Positions 19,124 through 27,619 of a stretch of DNA of 64,000 nt are shown piece by piece. A program made the position numbers and the translations under genes. Under the pieces are notes generated by a model. That model ran no database searches. It saw only the letters and a program-made list of their open reading frames with translations, and had not been told where the DNA came from. Each line of letters begins with the position of its first letter. The first letter of the stretch is position 1. This stretch comes from Thermoproteota archaeon (GTDB lineage Archaea > Korarchaeota > Korarchaeia > B14-G2), in NCBI GenBank assembly GCA_037917675.1, contig JAVCBW010000016.1:986-64985 (forward strand), read 5' to 3'.

Positions 19124-20569
19124 CGACTTGATCATGTAAGCACCCTCTCTCTTATACCCTAGCTTTGCGAAGTACTCTCTTGCACCAACTCCAGCTGTGA
19201 CAGCAAGCTTTTCTGCGGAAAAATCTTCTATAGCTATTCGCTCAGCCTCCCTCATGAGCCACAAGCCGATTCCCCTATGCTGCCAGCCTCCAAAACATCC
19301 TATAGGAACCTGGATACCATAGACTCTCAGCTCACGGACTATAGCAGTATCTCCTCTGGATAACTCCGGCCTATGCGCTTTGTCAGAGGGCACTCTCAGC
19401 CTCAAGAAACCTACCAGCTGCTCTTCCCGGCCAGTTACCTCTATGAACACCTCTATACCATCAGATGCCTCATATTCCATGGTTTTTAGCTCCAATGAGG
19501 CAGGATCGGGAGGAAACTGCACTCTACCCACTTCACGGCACCTAATGCACATGCAATTTAATCTCAGTTTCCTCATATATTCCTGGACTATCTGTCTCAA
19601 ATTGCTTTTTTTCACGCCATCTACTATGATTGTAGATGGTATATCTCTCTGTATCCTGTATATCCTGACATATCTAGGAACTATAGCTTTAACTTGAGCT
19701 AATAGGTTGACATGCTCTATGAGTGTATAAGGCCTGTACTCCCCGCTCTTCCACATCTCATAGAGCTTAGTTCCCTTTAGAACTAGTGTTGGATATATCT
19801 TTAGGCCATCAGGCCTTAGCTCAGGGTTGTTAAAGAGTTCGAGAAAATCCCTGAAGTCTTCTCTAGGATTACTTCCAGGCAAGCCAGGCATCATATGCAG
19901 CACTACTTTGAGCCCAGCATCCTTTGCAACTCTTACTGCTTCTATTATGTCCTGTCTGCTATGATCTCTCTTTACTGCCTCAAGTAGGTCGTCTCTTAGG
20001 GCCTGAGCGCCTATCTCTACCCTAGTACACCCGTACCTCAACATCTCATCTATATGAGGCTCCTTGCAGAAATCTGGTCTGGTTTCTATAGCTAGCGCTA
20101 CTATCCGCCTCTGAGATCGCTCTCCTCTCGACATCGCTTCAGCAAGTGTGCTAGAAGATGTGGCGCTCACAGCATCATAGCATTCTTTTATGAACCAGTC
20201 TCTATACTCTCTTGGTGCAGCGAGAAATGTTCCTCCCATCACTATGAGCTCTATCTTGCTTGGTACATGGCCTATCTCCTCTAACTGCCTTATCCTCTGG
20301 GTAGCCTGGAGATATGGATCAAAGCATGCGAGAGCAGCACGCCTAGCAGCGGGCTCTAAGCCTGTATATGACTGAGGTGTATCACCGAACACAGATCCAG
20401 GACCACCTGGACAGAATATGCAAGGCTCACTTTTAGGGCACTTCATGGGCTTACACATCACTGCAACAACAACTACTCCAGACGCGCTCCTACTAGGCTT
20501 CCTTCGAGGCTTAGAAGTCTCTTCTTGTAGGTATGTTGGATGAAGGTAAGCTGCTGTTGTCTTTGCCAT
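19115..20569 (-). CDS. elp3: Elp3 homolog: radical-SAM plus GNAT acetyltransferase (tRNA wobble-uridine modification enzyme).
   Basis: 484 aa. N-terminal Cys cluster (CKPMKCPKSEPCIFCPGG), radical-SAM core and C-terminal GNAT motif (QHRGIGLWLMREAERIA). Confidence 0.9.
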   Translation of the reverse strand: MAKTTAAYLHPTYLQEETSKPRRKPSRSASGVVVVAVMCKPMKCPKSEPCIFCPGGPGSVFGDTPQSYTGLEPAARRAALACFDPYLQATQRIRQLEEIGHVPSKIELIVMGGTFLAAPREYRDWFIKECYDAVSATSSSTLAEAMSRGERSQRRIVALAIETRPDFCKEPHIDEMLRYGCTRVEIGAQALRDDLLEAVKRDHSRQDIIEAVRVAKDAGLKVVLHMMPGLPGSNPREDFRDFLELFNNPELRPDGLKIYPTLVLKGTKLYEMWKSGEYRPYTLIEHVNLLAQVKAIVPRYVRIYRIQRDIPSTIIVDGVKKSNLRQIVQEYMRKLRLNCMCIRCREVGRVQFPPDPASLELKTMEYEASDGIEVFIEVTGREEQLVGFLRLRVPSDKAHRPELSRGDTAIVRELRVYGIQVPIGCFGGWQHRGIGLWLMREAERIAIEDFSAEKLAVTAGVGAREYFAKLGYKREGAYMIKSLR

Positions 20570-20607
20570 AGTAGACGCCTACTTCCTCAAAGTAGCTGCT
20601 GGAGAAG

Positions 20608-20618
20608 CTTTTATATAC
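20608..20618 (+). promoter_or_regulatory. Candidate TATA box upstream of the putative S30e gene.
   Basis: CTTTTATATAC about 40 nt upstream of the ATG at 20655, in the Elp3/Nop5 divergent spacer. Confidence 0.3.
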
Positions 20619-20654
20619 AGCGGAGTACCAGATACAACATGTGAGGTGTGAGAT

Positions 20655-20840
20655 ATGCCAGGGACACATGGATCACTTAATAAGGCTGGGTATGTTAGAG
20701 AGCTTACCTATAAGAGCAGGCCGCCAAAGAGGCAGAAGAAGGCTCCATGTCCAAGAATGAGGATGAGGAGGGTAGTCCATAGGAGGATAGAGCATAGCCT
20801 GCCTGTAGGACAGGCAGTACATGTACCGCCTAGACGATAG
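20655..20840 (+). CDS. rps30e: Probable 30S ribosomal protein S30e (small basic protein).
   Basis: N-terminus MPGTHGSLNKAGYVR matches the conserved (M)P(T)HGSLTKAGKVR start of S30e. Very basic. 61 aa is slightly long for the family. Confidence 0.5.
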   Translation: MPGTHGSLNKAGYVRELTYKSRPPKRQKKAPCPRMRMRRVVHRRIEHSLPVGQAVHVPPRR

Positions 20841-20857
20841 AGCAAATGTGATTTTAG

Positions 20858-22060
20858 ATGGAAGCTATCCTCGCCCTAACTCCTTTAGGATATCTGGCGA
20901 TAGCAGATGGCAGGTTGCTTCTGTCAGAAAAGCTCCCAGGAGACACGCATAAGGTTGCTGAAGAGATATTCTCTCTTAGGAGAGGGGTTGCAACAGACAA
21001 GTTAGCTGTAGTCTTACACAAGTTAAGGAAGCTGGGTGTAAAGAGTGTCATAGTCGATAGCAGAGCAGCTGCTTTAGCAATAAGAGAATCAGGAGAAATC
21101 CAGGTCAGGATAGATGAGAAGGCGGCTAGAGCTGTTAAGAGAGATCTAACTGAGCTAGCTAAGGTGTTCGGTATCAGCAGTGATAGACGCAAGCTTGTGG
21201 AGTTTGTTTCAGCAGTAGCTGTCCTCGAGACTAAGATGCAGATATCTAGAGAGCTACTCTCACGAGACAAGCTGATAGTCAAAGCAGTGCATGTACTAGA
21301 CACTCTACTCAATGTGGAAAATGCCATCGTCAATCAGCTTAGAGAATGGTACTCACTACATTTTCCAGAGCTAAGTGGAGCCATATCTTCACACGCAGGA
21401 TATGTCAAGCTGATAGCATCCTTAAAGAGGAGAAGCTCATATAGCATTAAGGCGCTCACAAGCTTAGGCTTCGATGCGAATAAGGCCAGAGAGATTGAAA
21501 AGCTTGCAAGAGAATCTATTGGTCCTGATATACGTGAAGAAGACCTGAGGCCTGTGGTGGAGCTAGCTAGGCTATGGCAGTCTATTAGAGGATACAGAAA
21601 TGCGCTTGAGGAATACATCAATGAGAGTGTTAAGGAGATAGCTCCAAACACCTCTACCTTAGCTGGACCTGTGATTACTGCAAGACTTATATCGCTTGCT
21701 GGCGGCTTAGACAAGCTTGCAAAGCTCCCTGCAAGCACAATACAAGTCTTAGGAGCATCAAAGGCATTGTTTAGGTACCTTTCAGGTAAGGGGAAGCCTC
21801 CAAAGCATGGTGTAATCTTCAGGGTTAAAGACGTCATGTCGTCACCTCCAAAGATAAGAGGCAAGATAGCGAGATCTCTCGCAGCTAAGCTTGCAATAGC
21901 AGCCAGAGTAGACTACTATGGTGGAGAGTACATAGGGGATGATCTGCTAAATGAGCTTACGGAGAGAATAAATAGGATAAAGGATGAGTATAGAGCTCAA
22001 AGAAAGGCAGCTAGAGCTGTTAAGAGAGGTGTTAAACGTGGTAAGCGTCATCGACCATGA
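20858..22060 (+). CDS. nop5: Nop5/Nop56/58 C/D-box snoRNP core protein.
   Basis: 400 aa. NOP domain (ALFRYLSGKGKPPKHGVIF ... RGKIARSLAAKLAIAARVDYY) and a basic KRGVKRGKRHRP tail. Immediately upstream of fibrillarin. Confidence 0.9.
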   Translation: MEAILALTPLGYLAIADGRLLLSEKLPGDTHKVAEEIFSLRRGVATDKLAVVLHKLRKLGVKSVIVDSRAAALAIRESGEIQVRIDEKAARAVKRDLTELAKVFGISSDRRKLVEFVSAVAVLETKMQISRELLSRDKLIVKAVHVLDTLLNVENAIVNQLREWYSLHFPELSGAISSHAGYVKLIASLKRRSSYSIKALTSLGFDANKAREIEKLARESIGPDIREEDLRPVVELARLWQSIRGYRNALEEYINESVKEIAPNTSTLAGPVITARLISLAGGLDKLAKLPASTIQVLGASKALFRYLSGKGKPPKHGVIFRVKDVMSSPPKIRGKIARSLAAKLAIAARVDYYGGEYIGDDLLNELTERINRIKDEYRAQRKAARAVKRGVKRGKRHRP

Positions 22061-22718
22061 GAAGTTTGAGGGGATATACTGGGTCTTAGACGATAACAAG
22101 AGGAAGCTTGCGACAAGAAACCTAGTGCCTGGATTTAGAAGTTACAATGAGCAGGTGGTAGAATATGAGGGGAGAGAATATAGGATATGGAGTCCATTTA
22201 GATCAAAGCCTGCAGCAGCCATCATAAATGGTCTCCAAACATTCCCTGTAAGGAAGGGAAGTAGGATACTATATCTTGGGATAGCTTCAGGAACAACAGC
22301 ATCCCACTTCAGCGACATAGTGGGGCCTACTGGCATAATATATGGGATAGAAATCTCTGATAGACCTCTTAGAGAGCTAATTAAGGTGTGTGAAGCTAGG
22401 AGAAACATAGTTCCGATAATGGGAGATGCCAGAAAGCCTGATGAGTACTCAATGTATCTTGAGCAAGTAGATATCGTCTACGCTGATATAGCTCAGCCAT
22501 TTCAAGCACAAATAGTGGTAGACAATGCCTTATTCCTCAAAGACAATGGGCATGTGATGCTGGCAATCAAGGCTAGCAGTATAGATGCAACAAGACCTCC
22601 TGATGAGGTCTTTAGCCGTGAGGTCGAGACGCTAGAGAGCGCAGGGTTTAGGCTAAAGCAAATAGTTAGCTTAGAACCCTATGAGAGAAAGCATGCCCTA
22701 GTAGTCGCTGAGCTCTAG
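22038..22718 (+). CDS. flpA: Fibrillarin, the rRNA/tRNA 2'-O-methyltransferase of the C/D-box snoRNP.
   Basis: YRIWSPFRSKPAAAI and SAM-binding LYLGIASGTTASH motifs. The ORF track starts at 21984. Alignment to archaeal fibrillarins favours the GTG at 22038, which overlaps the Nop5 3' end by about 23 nt. Confidence 0.9.
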   Translation: MVSVIDHEKFEGIYWVLDDNKRKLATRNLVPGFRSYNEQVVEYEGREYRIWSPFRSKPAAAIINGLQTFPVRKGSRILYLGIASGTTASHFSDIVGPTGIIYGIEISDRPLRELIKVCEARRNIVPIMGDARKPDEYSMYLEQVDIVYADIAQPFQAQIVVDNALFLKDNGHVMLAIKASSIDATRPPDEVFSREVETLESAGFRLKQIVSLEPYERKHALVVAEL

Positions 22719-23354
22719 TCTACTCTGCCTCACCTTTGTAAGCATATCTTGAGAAGTCTTCCACTTTCTCCTAGCTATAGGGGGGAGAGTGTTGTTTTCT
22801 TCAATCCACCTCTCTAAAAAGTCTCTGGTTGCTGGGTCACTTGAATACCCAGATCCTATCTCACCATACTTTAAGGATAATCTCTTAATCATCTGATCTC
22901 GTGTGACTTTAGCTATTATCGATGCTGCACCTACCAGAGGATACTTATCATCAGCCTTGTTTTCTGCTATAATAGGAGGCTTATAGTGTGAAAATTGATA
23001 GATGTAGCTGGTAAACCTCCTCACATCTTCATCTGGTGAATCTACAATAGCTTTATCAGGCTTTAGGGCATCGATTACCATTGCAAAAAGCCTTGCCTCG
23101 AGGACATTTAATGAGTGCAAGCTCATTTCAGAGTCAAGTGTCTGTGGAGGGGCCTGTAAGACAGCTATGTACTCAGCTATCTCAAGTATTTCAGCAGCCA
23201 GCGCCTCTCGTCTTGAGGAAGTCAGCTCTTTAGAGTCTCTTACACCTATTTCAGCTAGCTTGCTCATCTTCGATACATCAAGAAGGACTCCAGCTACTAC
23301 AAGTGGGCCGAGAACAGCACCTCTACCTGCCTCATCTAAGCCTAGAACCCTCAT
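22698..23354 (-). CDS. rnhB: Ribonuclease HII.
   Basis: 218 aa. N-terminal VLGLDEAGRGAVLGPLVVAG catalytic motif of RNase HII. Confidence 0.9.
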   Translation of the reverse strand: MRVLGLDEAGRGAVLGPLVVAGVLLDVSKMSKLAEIGVRDSKELTSSRREALAAEILEIAEYIAVLQAPPQTLDSEMSLHSLNVLEARLFAMVIDALKPDKAIVDSPDEDVRRFTSYIYQFSHYKPPIIAENKADDKYPLVGAASIIAKVTRDQMIKRLSLKYGEIGSGYSSDPATRDFLERWIEENNTLPPIARRKWKTSQDMLTKVRQSRLELSDY

Positions 23355-23917
23355 TTGAAAACACCTCTAATGACATGAAGTATCCTTGTAGTGAGCTCCC
23401 TACATAGCATCTGGACTCTATCTCGAGTCACCAAGATTTCTCTAGAATCTCTTCTCACACGGATCTCCTTGATTAAGGAGATTCGTGACTTCAGCGGTAT
23501 TGTGGCCAGCACTGGCCTGCTAGAATCGAGTGCAGCCATGACCTGCCTAGAAAACTCTCTGGAGAGAAGCTCCATCTTACCTATCTCATCTATGACAACA
23601 ACATCAGCCTGCTTTATAGCAAGCTGAATCGCTTTGGCTCCTATCCTGCTTATTGCATCAACATCCACAGTATATTTTGACACTCTCGGCCCAGACTTTC
23701 CTAAGCTAACAGAAGCTATGATAGCTTCCTCTCCTGTAAGGAGGTCACGCATCAGGAAGGCTATTCTACGTCCATGCTCTCTGAGCTCTGGTGTTACTAC
23801 ACCTCCAACCCTAATCCCACTTTCAGTGAGCTTATCTACTACACAAAATATTAGAGTAGATTTCCCTGAGCCGGGAAGGCCTGTGATCAGGAAGTTCTTT
23901 ACTCTATCAGTAGCCAT
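23351..23917 (-). CDS. THEP1-type nucleoside triphosphatase, a small P-loop NTPase.
   Basis: 188 aa. Walker A GLPGSGKST at the N-terminus and Walker B VVVIDEIGKMEL. The size fits the THEP1/MJ1559 family. Confidence 0.75.
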   Translation of the reverse strand: MATDRVKNFLITGLPGSGKSTLIFCVVDKLTESGIRVGGVVTPELREHGRRIAFLMRDLLTGEEAIIASVSLGKSGPRVSKYTVDVDAISRIGAKAIQLAIKQADVVVIDEIGKMELLSREFSRQVMAALDSSRPVLATIPLKSRISLIKEIRVRRDSREILVTRDRVQMLCRELTTRILHVIRGVFK

Positions 23918-23943
23918 ATACTGGAGAGTAGGGTGGAGGTTTT

Positions 23944-25080
23944 ATGTTTAAGGTGATCAGAGAAGGGAAGGCTAGAATCCTAGGACCTGACCTGGAGCGT
24001 CTAGCTAGAGCTGGGAAGCCATATACTAAGGCTGAGGTCTTTTACAATCCTAGAATGATTCTGAATAGGGACTTCACGGTGCTCTTTGTATCAGCATTCT
24101 TCAGCAAAAATGTTAGAATACTAGATATGCTCGCTGGAACTGGGGTACGTGGGATCAGAATAGCCTTAGAAAGCAATATGTCAGTCAGCGGGGTGTTAAA
24201 CGACAAAAACAAGCTGGCTTACATCGTGATGCTGAGAAATGTAGCCTTAAATAGAGTTGCAGATAGGCTGAGAGTAGAAAACTGTGATGCAAACATCCTA
24301 GCTCAAGTGGCAGCGCAGTGGGGAGACTTCTTCGATTACATCGACATAGACCCCTTTGGATCACCAATTCCATTTCTAGACAACGGAATAAGGGTTGTCG
24401 GCAGAGAGGGTATCATTGGGTGTACTGCAACAGATACAGCTGTACTCTATGGGAAGCATGGTTGGAAGGCACTTCGCACATATGGTGTGCAGGTAAAAGC
24501 TGTCTCGTGTGGACATGAAGTCGGTCTTAGACTTCTGATAGGCTATATAGCGAGGCAAGCAGCTAAGCTGGGATATGCTCTTGAAGTACTCGCATCATAC
24601 TTCGAATACAACTACTTCAGGGTATTTGCAAAACTCACTAGGAGCCCAAGTAAAGCTGAAAACACTGTCAGGAAGTACATCAAACCTGTCTACTTCTGCA
24701 AAATATGCCTGGATTTTTCTGAGAACAGCAGAGCCTGCGGTCATGAAAGAGAAGTTATAGGACCTATGTGGGTAGGCAGCTTGGGTATGAAGGAGCTCTG
24801 TGAAAAAATGTTACATATGTTGACGTATACTGACTTAAGCAGCAAAGACAGGCTTAGGACTATCCTGGTAAGGCTGCTAAATGACATCAGGATACAACGC
24901 ATCGGATACTATGATCTCGATGAGCTATCGTCGAGGCTTCATCTGCCATCTGCTAGGATCAGAGACGTCATCAAACGGCTGAGGGAGCTAGGGTACACGG
25001 CTGGGAGAACCCACTTTGCACCTAAAGGAATTAAGACAGATGCACAGACTGAGGAGGTCATCAGAGCTATATCAGGCTAG
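23944..25080 (+). CDS. trm1: tRNA (guanine26-N2)-dimethyltransferase Trm1.
   Basis: 378 aa. FYNPRMILNRD, DMLAGTGVRGIR and DIDPFGSP motifs characteristic of Trm1. Confidence 0.9.
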   Translation: MFKVIREGKARILGPDLERLARAGKPYTKAEVFYNPRMILNRDFTVLFVSAFFSKNVRILDMLAGTGVRGIRIALESNMSVSGVLNDKNKLAYIVMLRNVALNRVADRLRVENCDANILAQVAAQWGDFFDYIDIDPFGSPIPFLDNGIRVVGREGIIGCTATDTAVLYGKHGWKALRTYGVQVKAVSCGHEVGLRLLIGYIARQAAKLGYALEVLASYFEYNYFRVFAKLTRSPSKAENTVRKYIKPVYFCKICLDFSENSRACGHEREVIGPMWVGSLGMKELCEKMLHMLTYTDLSSKDRLRTILVRLLNDIRIQRIGYYDLDELSSRLHLPSARIRDVIKRLRELGYTAGRTHFAPKGIKTDAQTEEVIRAISG

Positions 25081-25487
25081 AACTTCTTTGGAAGCACAGG
25101 CTGCTCCTCCTCCCTGACCAAGTACTCGTTTAGGCTCCTGCACTCAACCCATAAGTCCTCCTCTAGACATTTATACAGGTCAGGACACGAGAAGCATGGG
25201 ATCTCCAGGAAGATACCTATATGATCTCCAACAATCTTCTCCAGCTCTGAGCGATTTGCTGGCTGAGTTAAGCTGACTTTGACCATCTTCCCATGCTTAT
25301 CATATCTTATAGCTATGATGTTTCGCTTCGCAAGCTGCTTTAGCACATTCTCTAGACGGGCGCTTCTTAGCATTCTCGTGCCAACCTGTTCTCCAAGTTT
25401 TTCAACAAGCTCGGAGACGTTCATCCAGCTGTCTTTTCTACCAGATAACATCTCACATATAGCATTAGCTAATGGGTCGTCTGCCAT
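25077..25487 (-). CDS. Winged-helix protein with a C-terminal four-Cys cluster. It may be a TFE-beta-like transcription factor or another metal-binding DNA-binding protein.
   Basis: 136 aa. Predicted winged helix (VSELVEKLGEQVGTRMLRSARLENVLKQLAKRNIIAIRYDKHGKMVKVSL) followed by CFSCPDLYKC...C (C-x2-C-x5-C-x8-C). Sits downstream of Gar1-SRP19-S8e on the same strand. Confidence 0.45.
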   Translation of the reverse strand: MADDPLANAICEMLSGRKDSWMNVSELVEKLGEQVGTRMLRSARLENVLKQLAKRNIIAIRYDKHGKMVKVSLTQPANRSELEKIVGDHIGIFLEIPCFSCPDLYKCLEEDLWVECRSLNEYLVREEEQPVLPKKF

Positions 25488-25495
25488 TAAACCAC

Positions 25496-25753
25496 CTAAT
25501 ATGGCAGATCGCCCTCTTCAATTAAGTAGACAACCCTCCCCTTAAAGTTTTCAGGCAGAGTTATGTCTCTAGAACAACCTACCACTAGGAAGGGGGCTGC
25601 CACAGGGCCTATTATGTCCTTTACAACCCCAAGGACGGTCATTTCGCCATCAACGACCTTTGCTCCTCTTAGGTCACGCTTTGGTGTGGACTCAAGCTTA
25701 ACTATGAAGTTTCTAGATGGAGTCACATGGAGTACTATACCCAGTCTTCTCAA
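25496..25753 (-). CDS. gar1: H/ACA ribonucleoprotein component Gar1.
   Basis: 85 aa. MRRLGIVLHVTPSRNFIVK...VLGVVKDIIGPVAAPFLVV aligns with archaeal Gar1. Confidence 0.8.
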   Translation of the reverse strand: MRRLGIVLHVTPSRNFIVKLESTPKRDLRGAKVVDGEMTVLGVVKDIIGPVAAPFLVVGCSRDITLPENFKGRVVYLIEEGDLPY

Positions 25754-25755
25754 GC

Positions 25756-26043
25756 TTAAGACCTCCTCAGCTCTTCTGCTATGGCTCTCAATATATTGGT
25801 CTTCTTATCCACTCTCTTAACCAATACACGACCTTCTCTATAGAACCACCTAGCAGGATGGTGCTTCTCTCTCTGTAAGATAGGGTCTAAACCAAGTTTC
25901 TCAGCAATCTTGAAGATAGACTCGGCAGACGGATTTTTTACTGCAAGATTCAGCGGCACACGGCGGCCTTCACCTCTACTTAAGCTGCGGTTAAAGTAGC
26001 AGGGGTATAATACTAGCCTATCTCTCCTCCTCACGTTCTGCAC
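25756..26043 (-). CDS. srp19: Signal recognition particle protein SRP19.
   Basis: 95 aa. LYPCYFNRSLSRGEGRRVP...KLGLDP...HPARWFYREGRVLV matches archaeal SRP19 (IWP.Y.D...SR.EGR.VP). Confidence 0.85.
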   Translation of the reverse strand: MQNVRRRDRLVLYPCYFNRSLSRGEGRRVPLNLAVKNPSAESIFKIAEKLGLDPILQREKHHPARWFYREGRVLVKRVDKKTNILRAIAEELRRS

Positions 26044-26428
26044 CTTCTATTAGAATTGCATTGATGACACCATGCTGCCCAGGCCTGGAAACAACCCTTG
26101 CTTTCCCAACTTCAGTATCTATTATGGCTCCACGTGTAATTACTTCTCTACGATCATAATCTGGGTTTGCTGGGTTACTTAGAACCCTGATAATCCTCGC
26201 GCGTATAGACTTCCTCTCGCTAGGTATCGCTACATTCGCGAAATCCGCTGATAAAAGCTTAAGCTTGACGCCTCCCCCTCTCACACGCTGCTTTTTCACC
26301 TTAAGCTCTCCGATTACAGTCTCAACAGGAGGCCTTCCAAGCTCTCTCTTTCTCTTCTTCCTCATGTATGGTATCTTGGCTCCTGTCGGCGTACGCCCAC
26401 CAGGAACTATCCGACCATGATAGTACAT
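26018..26428 (-). CDS. rps8e: 30S ribosomal protein S8e.
   Basis: 136 aa. HGRIVPGGRTPTGAKIPYMRKKRKRELGRPP...RVRGGGVKLKLL are S8e hallmarks. Confidence 0.9.
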   Translation of the reverse strand: MYYHGRIVPGGRTPTGAKIPYMRKKRKRELGRPPVETVIGELKVKKQRVRGGGVKLKLLSADFANVAIPSERKSIRARIIRVLSNPANPDYDRREVITRGAIIDTEVGKARVVSRPGQHGVINAILIEGAEREEER

Positions 26429-26552
26429 GTTCCTCTACCTTATGCTAGCAGAGCCAATGTTATTAAAGAATCTTGGTGGAGCTATCAGGAATCCTGAGAG
26501 TATGAAATCTCAAACTTAACCTCTGCTTGAATGAGAGTTAACTTAATGTACA

Positions 26553-26575
26553 TAATAATATTTATTTAGACATTA
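26553..26575 (+). promoter_or_regulatory. AT-rich divergent promoter region with TATA-like elements for the lrp and rps8e operons.
   Basis: ATAATAATATTTATTTAGACATTATTTTG lies 45-65 nt upstream of the lrp ATG (26620) and about 130 nt from the rps8e start on the other strand. Confidence 0.3.
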
Positions 26576-26619
26576 TTTTGACACTACCCAAGTATGGAGG
26601 ATGATGTAGAGGTGACAAG

Positions 26620-27102
26620 ATGCCACGTAGAAGTAGGGGAGATAAGCTGAGTAAGAGGGAGAGAGTCATTCTCTCTCTTCTAGTAAAGAATGCTAGGCTA
26701 AAGTACACTGAGATAGCTAAGAGGGTAGGAATGTCAATAGCAGGAGTGCTGAAAAGAGTGAAATGGCTAGAGAGTGAAGGATATATAGTGAGGTATACTG
26801 CCATACTGAACCATGAAAAGCTGGGAAAGAACCTTCTAGTGTTTATATTCGTCAAGGCAGAGGCAGGAGCTGCACCGGATATAGCTAAGAAGATAACAAA
26901 TCTAGATCCTTCATCTATACTTGAGATTCATGAGGTAACAGGAGAGTACGACTTACTTATCAAAGCTTACGTTGAAGACAGGAAGGCGCTACAGTCGCTG
27001 GTACGAAAGATTCTGAGGATCCCCTCAGTGGTAGCAACGCATACTATATTTTCCCTATCGACGTTTTATGAGAGCCCCTCCGTGATTATAGAGCAGGTGT
27101 AG
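26620..27102 (+). CDS. lrp: Lrp/AsnC-family transcriptional regulator.
   Basis: 160 aa. N-terminal HTH (LSKRERVILSLLVKNARLKYTEIAKRVGMSIAGVLKRVKWLESEGYI) plus a C-terminal RAM domain. Confidence 0.85.
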   Translation: MPRRSRGDKLSKRERVILSLLVKNARLKYTEIAKRVGMSIAGVLKRVKWLESEGYIVRYTAILNHEKLGKNLLVFIFVKAEAGAAPDIAKKITNLDPSSILEIHEVTGEYDLLIKAYVEDRKALQSLVRKILRIPSVVATHTIFSLSTFYESPSVIIEQV

Positions 27103-27149
27103 TGTAAGAGATTTAACACTAGCATAAGTAGGCTGTAATGGGGGAATAA

Positions 27150-27317
27150 ATGTCGAGGTCTAAGAGGAAGAAGAAGGAGTTTTTACCTGCTACAAGCGCA
27201 GGGCTACTATCATTTGCAGGGGAAGAGGCTGGTGGAGTGAAGATTCCACCATATGTCCCACTGATAATGACTCTGATAGTAGTAGTAGCTGAAATAATAC
27301 TATGGGTTCTAATGTGA
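27150..27317 (+). CDS. secG: Preprotein translocase subunit Sec61-beta (archaeal SecG/Sbh). It is absent from the ORF track because it is shorter than 60 aa.
   Basis: 55 aa. MSRSKRKKKEFLPATSAGLLSFAGEEAGGVKIPPYVPLIMTLIVVVAEIILWVLM. The basic N-terminus, the conserved SAGL..F motif and the single C-terminal TM helix match archaeal Sec61beta. Confidence 0.65.
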   Translation: MSRSKRKKKEFLPATSAGLLSFAGEEAGGVKIPPYVPLIMTLIVVVAEIILWVLM

Positions 27318-27328
27318 GCGTGAGATGA

Positions 27329-27619
27329 ATGATGCTCTCAGAGATGCAGCAGATGATAAGAGAAATATACGGAAAGAGGGATAAGAGGAGAGGGATAGGA
27401 AAGACCTTCATACATCTGATAGAGGAGATAGGAGAACTAGCTAGAGCCCTTAGAAAGGGAGATAGCTCTGAGTTGAGCAGAGAGCTGGCAGATACGCTGG
27501 CTTGGCTTCTTAGCGTATCAAGTCTCCTTGGAATAGACTTGGAAGAAGCTTTCATGGTAAGGTATTCCAATATATGCCCTAAGTGTGGGTCTAATCCATG
27601 TACATGCCCACCAGTCTAG
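27329..27619 (+). CDS. Small MazG-like nucleotide pyrophosphohydrolase domain protein.
   Basis: 96 aa. KTFIHLIEEIGELARAL...ELADTLAWLLSVSSLLGIDLEEAF are MazG/NTP-PPase EExxE/D-containing helices. A C-terminal CPKCGSNPCTC Zn-ribbon-like tail follows. Confidence 0.7.
   Translation: MMLSEMQQMIREIYGKRDKRRGIGKTFIHLIEEIGELARALRKGDSSELSRELADTLAWLLSVSSLLGIDLEEAFMVRYSNICPKCGSNPCTCPPV

Noticed and set aside
26562-26855. 97-aa minus-strand ORF overlapping the lrp gene
   Set aside because: It lies entirely antisense to a well-supported Lrp/AsnC gene and has a low-complexity hydrophobic composition. It is likely a spurious shadow ORF. The same applies to most ORFs of 120 aa or less antisense to rpoA, rpoB, polD, thermosome, aglB and cdc48.
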